Assembly: GCF_035594765.1 (NCBI RefSeq)
Contig: NC_085841.1
Location: 65,953,574 to 66,017,573 of the forward strand
Length of the DNA: 64,000 nucleotides
From: Anolis carolinensis
Lineage: Eukaryota
Direction: 5' to 3'
Shown here: one piece after another, positions 61,184-64,000 of the stretch
Layout of the letters: each line of letters starts with the position of its first letter
Numbering within the stretch: the stretch's first letter is position 1
Made by a program: the position numbers and the translations under genes
Notes under the pieces: model-generated
Databases searched by the model: none
What the model was told of the DNA's origin: nothing
Seen by the model: only the letters and a program-made list of their open reading frames with translations

Positions 61184-63341
61184 ATCTAATCCTTTTTTCT
61201 CTCTTCCACCACTGGAATGCAATTTCCAAAATACTTCCAAATTGAAATTCAGATTCTAGGCCAAATAAGTTCACCACCTTTGTTATCAGATCCACTTTGT
61301 CCATCTTGCCCTGCAAGTGGCCCCTTCTACTGTTGTGTACTCCTAATACTTAGTAATCTGTTATGACTAGAGAATTATTTCTACTGAGAAAAAGATAACA
61401 AAAAGGGTTAGCGCTGCAAATATTTTTTAAAACCTTCCCCTTTTTAAAAGCTTTACTATTAACAGAAAGGCCAACTGAGCTCACTGTGTTCACATATGAG
61501 TAGATATGGTTCAAATCGCATTATACATATTTGATGGGTTGATAATTTTCATTCAATGTTTACTTGTCAGTCTTGGTTTGAGTTTGGACTAGGAATGTGG
61601 GAGACCAGGGCTTCAAATCATGAATTGGCCAAGGAAACTCACCCTTTGACATGGCATACTGTCTCAGCTTCAGAGGAAAGCAATGGGGAATTTTGCCAAC
61701 CCTTTGGTAGGTTCACCTTAGGGTCACCCTATGTCAGAAATGACTTGAAGGCATACAACAATAAAAGAGTTTATTCTACTGCCAGTACACAGAAGAAAGC
61801 TGCTTTGCACAATGAGACTATGAATAACTTTTTGTAATATATTAAACAATGCCTTTCTCAAGATTGTGCATAAATATTTCAGGTTTTTTTTCCTCATCCT
61901 TCCCCCTTTCAATTGCCTCCCAGAGAGGCAATGTACTGAAGATGGTACCAGCAAGTATTCTCATCGTGGGTAATATAATCTTTCAAATACAAATTGTTGT
62001 TATTGGGCCTATGATTCAGAATATACTTATTCTTCCCCCTTGATCTGTTTCCATGTGGATCTCATTATGAGATAGCCTGTAAAGGAACCTCAAAAGGAAC
62101 GAAATTGTTATTAAATGTCCATTATTATAAAATTGCCTAAGGTGATGAAAGTAAATGGATCTGTAGAGTTGATCACTGCCAATAAATTTACAGGTACAGA
62201 TAATCAAGTAAAAATGTATGTCTATCCTTAAACAACCACAGTAGTTGCTATTCAATGTTTCTGCAATATTTAGCAGGGAGGTTTTCCTTCACAAAAATCA
62301 TAGTTGTTTTTCATTTCATGAAAAATCCCAGTTACTTTATAAAAAACCAGGAAATAATAACAGATGCTTGTTCTGTGCTTATATGGCCATCTAAAATTTG
62401 CAATCTGTCTGGCTGACATTTGGATGGCACGTGTAGAGGCACAGTAACTCCATTTTCTGCCTGCCACTTTCTTGCATCAGATATGTAAAGAGAGGCAATC
62501 CCAAGGGTTCTGTCTGTGCAAAATGACAGATGTTCTCCTCTTGGTTACCGACACCTTCCAGCTGTATTGCTTTTTAATGCAAATCTCTTCCTAAAACCCA
62601 AACCCTTTAAAAAACAGTCTTGACTATTTCACTAGAAGTTTCCAAAAAAGTATAAAAATCTGAAGTTTCTTTTTCTGAAATAAAATCAAGTATTTTGACA
62701 TTTATTAGTTCCATTTAAAAAGCTGCTACAAAAATAAACATACGAAGTTCATAAGAACCATATGCTTTACTTTTTATAAGAATAAACTGTGCAGGGACAC
62801 CGAAAAAAAAAACCCCTACTTCCAAGAGCTACATTCTTTAATGGAATTTACTATTTAACCCTAAGGGGGGGTATCTAAACATATATGGCCACACATCTGG
62901 ACTGCTCTTTAAAGCCTGTAACATTCTGAACTGGCAGAAGTTTTTCCAACTGGTTGTTGTTACTGAGGTTTTTATGTTTATATCTTGATTTTTTTTTTCA
63001 CTCCCACTTCAGGGACTGAAGGAGGATTATAAAAGTTACACTAGATATAGTAAAAAAAAAAACATCATTCAAACTTGAATATATAATTAAGCTCTCAATA
63101 TTAAAATGATTAAAAGTATGACCACTAAAAAGAAAAATGAATACAAATAATACAGCACATTATGAAAGACACTTTTCTCAAAGCAATCAGTCTTTGAAGG
63201 CCTGTTAAATAAAAAATCATCTGTTTGTAGATGCATAGCAAGGAGGATCCCAATTTAACTTTTCTAGGAGGAGAATTGTGTGTTCGGAAAAAGGCAGCAA
63301 GAAGGATCTCTCCTGTGCTTCTGACCAAGCATGCTGTAAAG

Positions 63342-63475
63342 CAGGCATGGGCAAACTTCAGTCCTCCAGGTGTTTTGGACTTCAACTTCCACAATTCCTA
63401 ACAGCCTACTGGCTGTTAGGAATTGTGGGAGTTGAAGTCCAAAACACCTGGAGGGCTGAAGTTTGCCCATGCCTG
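63342..63475. mobile_element. Palindromic hAT MITE
   Basis: Near-perfect 134-bp hairpin; 8-bp TSD CTGTAAAG. Confidence 0.88.
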
Positions 63476-63884
63476 CTGTAAAGGGTAGACGGATAAAAAG
63501 AAGGACCGCTTCAGGAGATAGCAACATGGCTCATATGGGAAAATATGGTCCATTTGATAACATAAGACTTGGACTGTATGGGGATTTAAATTGTATCTTT
63601 ACAAAACTGTATCTTTCCAAAAACTGTATCTTTCTGAAACAGACTAGTAGCCAGGGGAGCTGTTCCAATAATGGAGTTGTCTGCTTCCTTTAACTAGCCT
63701 TGGTTAACCATCTGGTTATAGCAGCAGCAGCAGCATCCCATCTTTTCCCCAAAACTGAGAATCAAAGCAGATCAAAGTAGCTTGGAAAGTCTGGAGACTA
63801 ACTGAAGTTTTGGAAAAAAGGCAGCCTCACATTAAACAAATTATATTAAAGTTATGTAACTACAGCTATTATGTCACCATAATC

Positions 63885-64000
63885 AAATTGAAACTGAATC
63901 CAGACAAGACAGAGGTCCTCCTGGTCAGTTGGAAGGCTGAACAGGGTATAGGGTTACAGCCTGTGCTGGATGGGGTCACACTCCCCCTGAAGGCGCAGGT
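63885..64000 (+). mobile_element. Start of a truncated L2 LINE running off the window
   Basis: KLKLNPDKTEVLLV...LQPVLDGVTLPLKAQV. Confidence 0.8.

Noticed and set aside
63342-63475. Long hairpin as a miRNA precursor
   Set aside because: Fully explained by a hAT MITE with an 8-bp TSD.
57493-64000. Upstream KIF25 exons (GNIRV..., ...FER)
   Set aside because: No convincing kinesin-like exon with splice sites found; they probably lie beyond the window or were missed.

Overview
Vertebrate, repeat-rich genomic DNA. The repeat content (Sauria SINEs, CR1, L2, Vingi, DIRS, hAT/Harbinger MITEs) points to a squamate, most likely Anolis. Two host genes converge: the last coding exon of an FRMD1-like gene (+, 731-1018, ending ...LDLLGEDQLPEEFVV*) and seven phase-consistent exons of the kinesin-14 gene KIF25 (-, 57492 to 36914). 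The 5' KIF25 exons were not found. A young, full-length DIRS1-type tyrosine-recombinase retrotransposon (45839-51789) sits in a KIF25 intron, with non-identical inverted terminal repeats (ITRs), an internal complementary region (ICR), gag, RT/RNaseH/Dam-like methylase and YR. Most notable observations: (1) the DIRS gag and YR frames are the same frame, separated by one UGA-C codon, and the 1.8 kb between them is double-coded with pol, suggesting readthrough to a Gag-YR fusion; (2) an HDV-like ribozyme fold with an extra hairpin after L3 at the inverted 5' end of a Vingi-like LINE insertion, which recurs with compensatory changes inside a tRNA-derived SINE; (3) two local templated-insertion events (140 bp and about 415 bp); (4) an ancient DIRS relic near 30.5-31.1 kb. 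All calls come from reading the sequence by eye; no searches were run.
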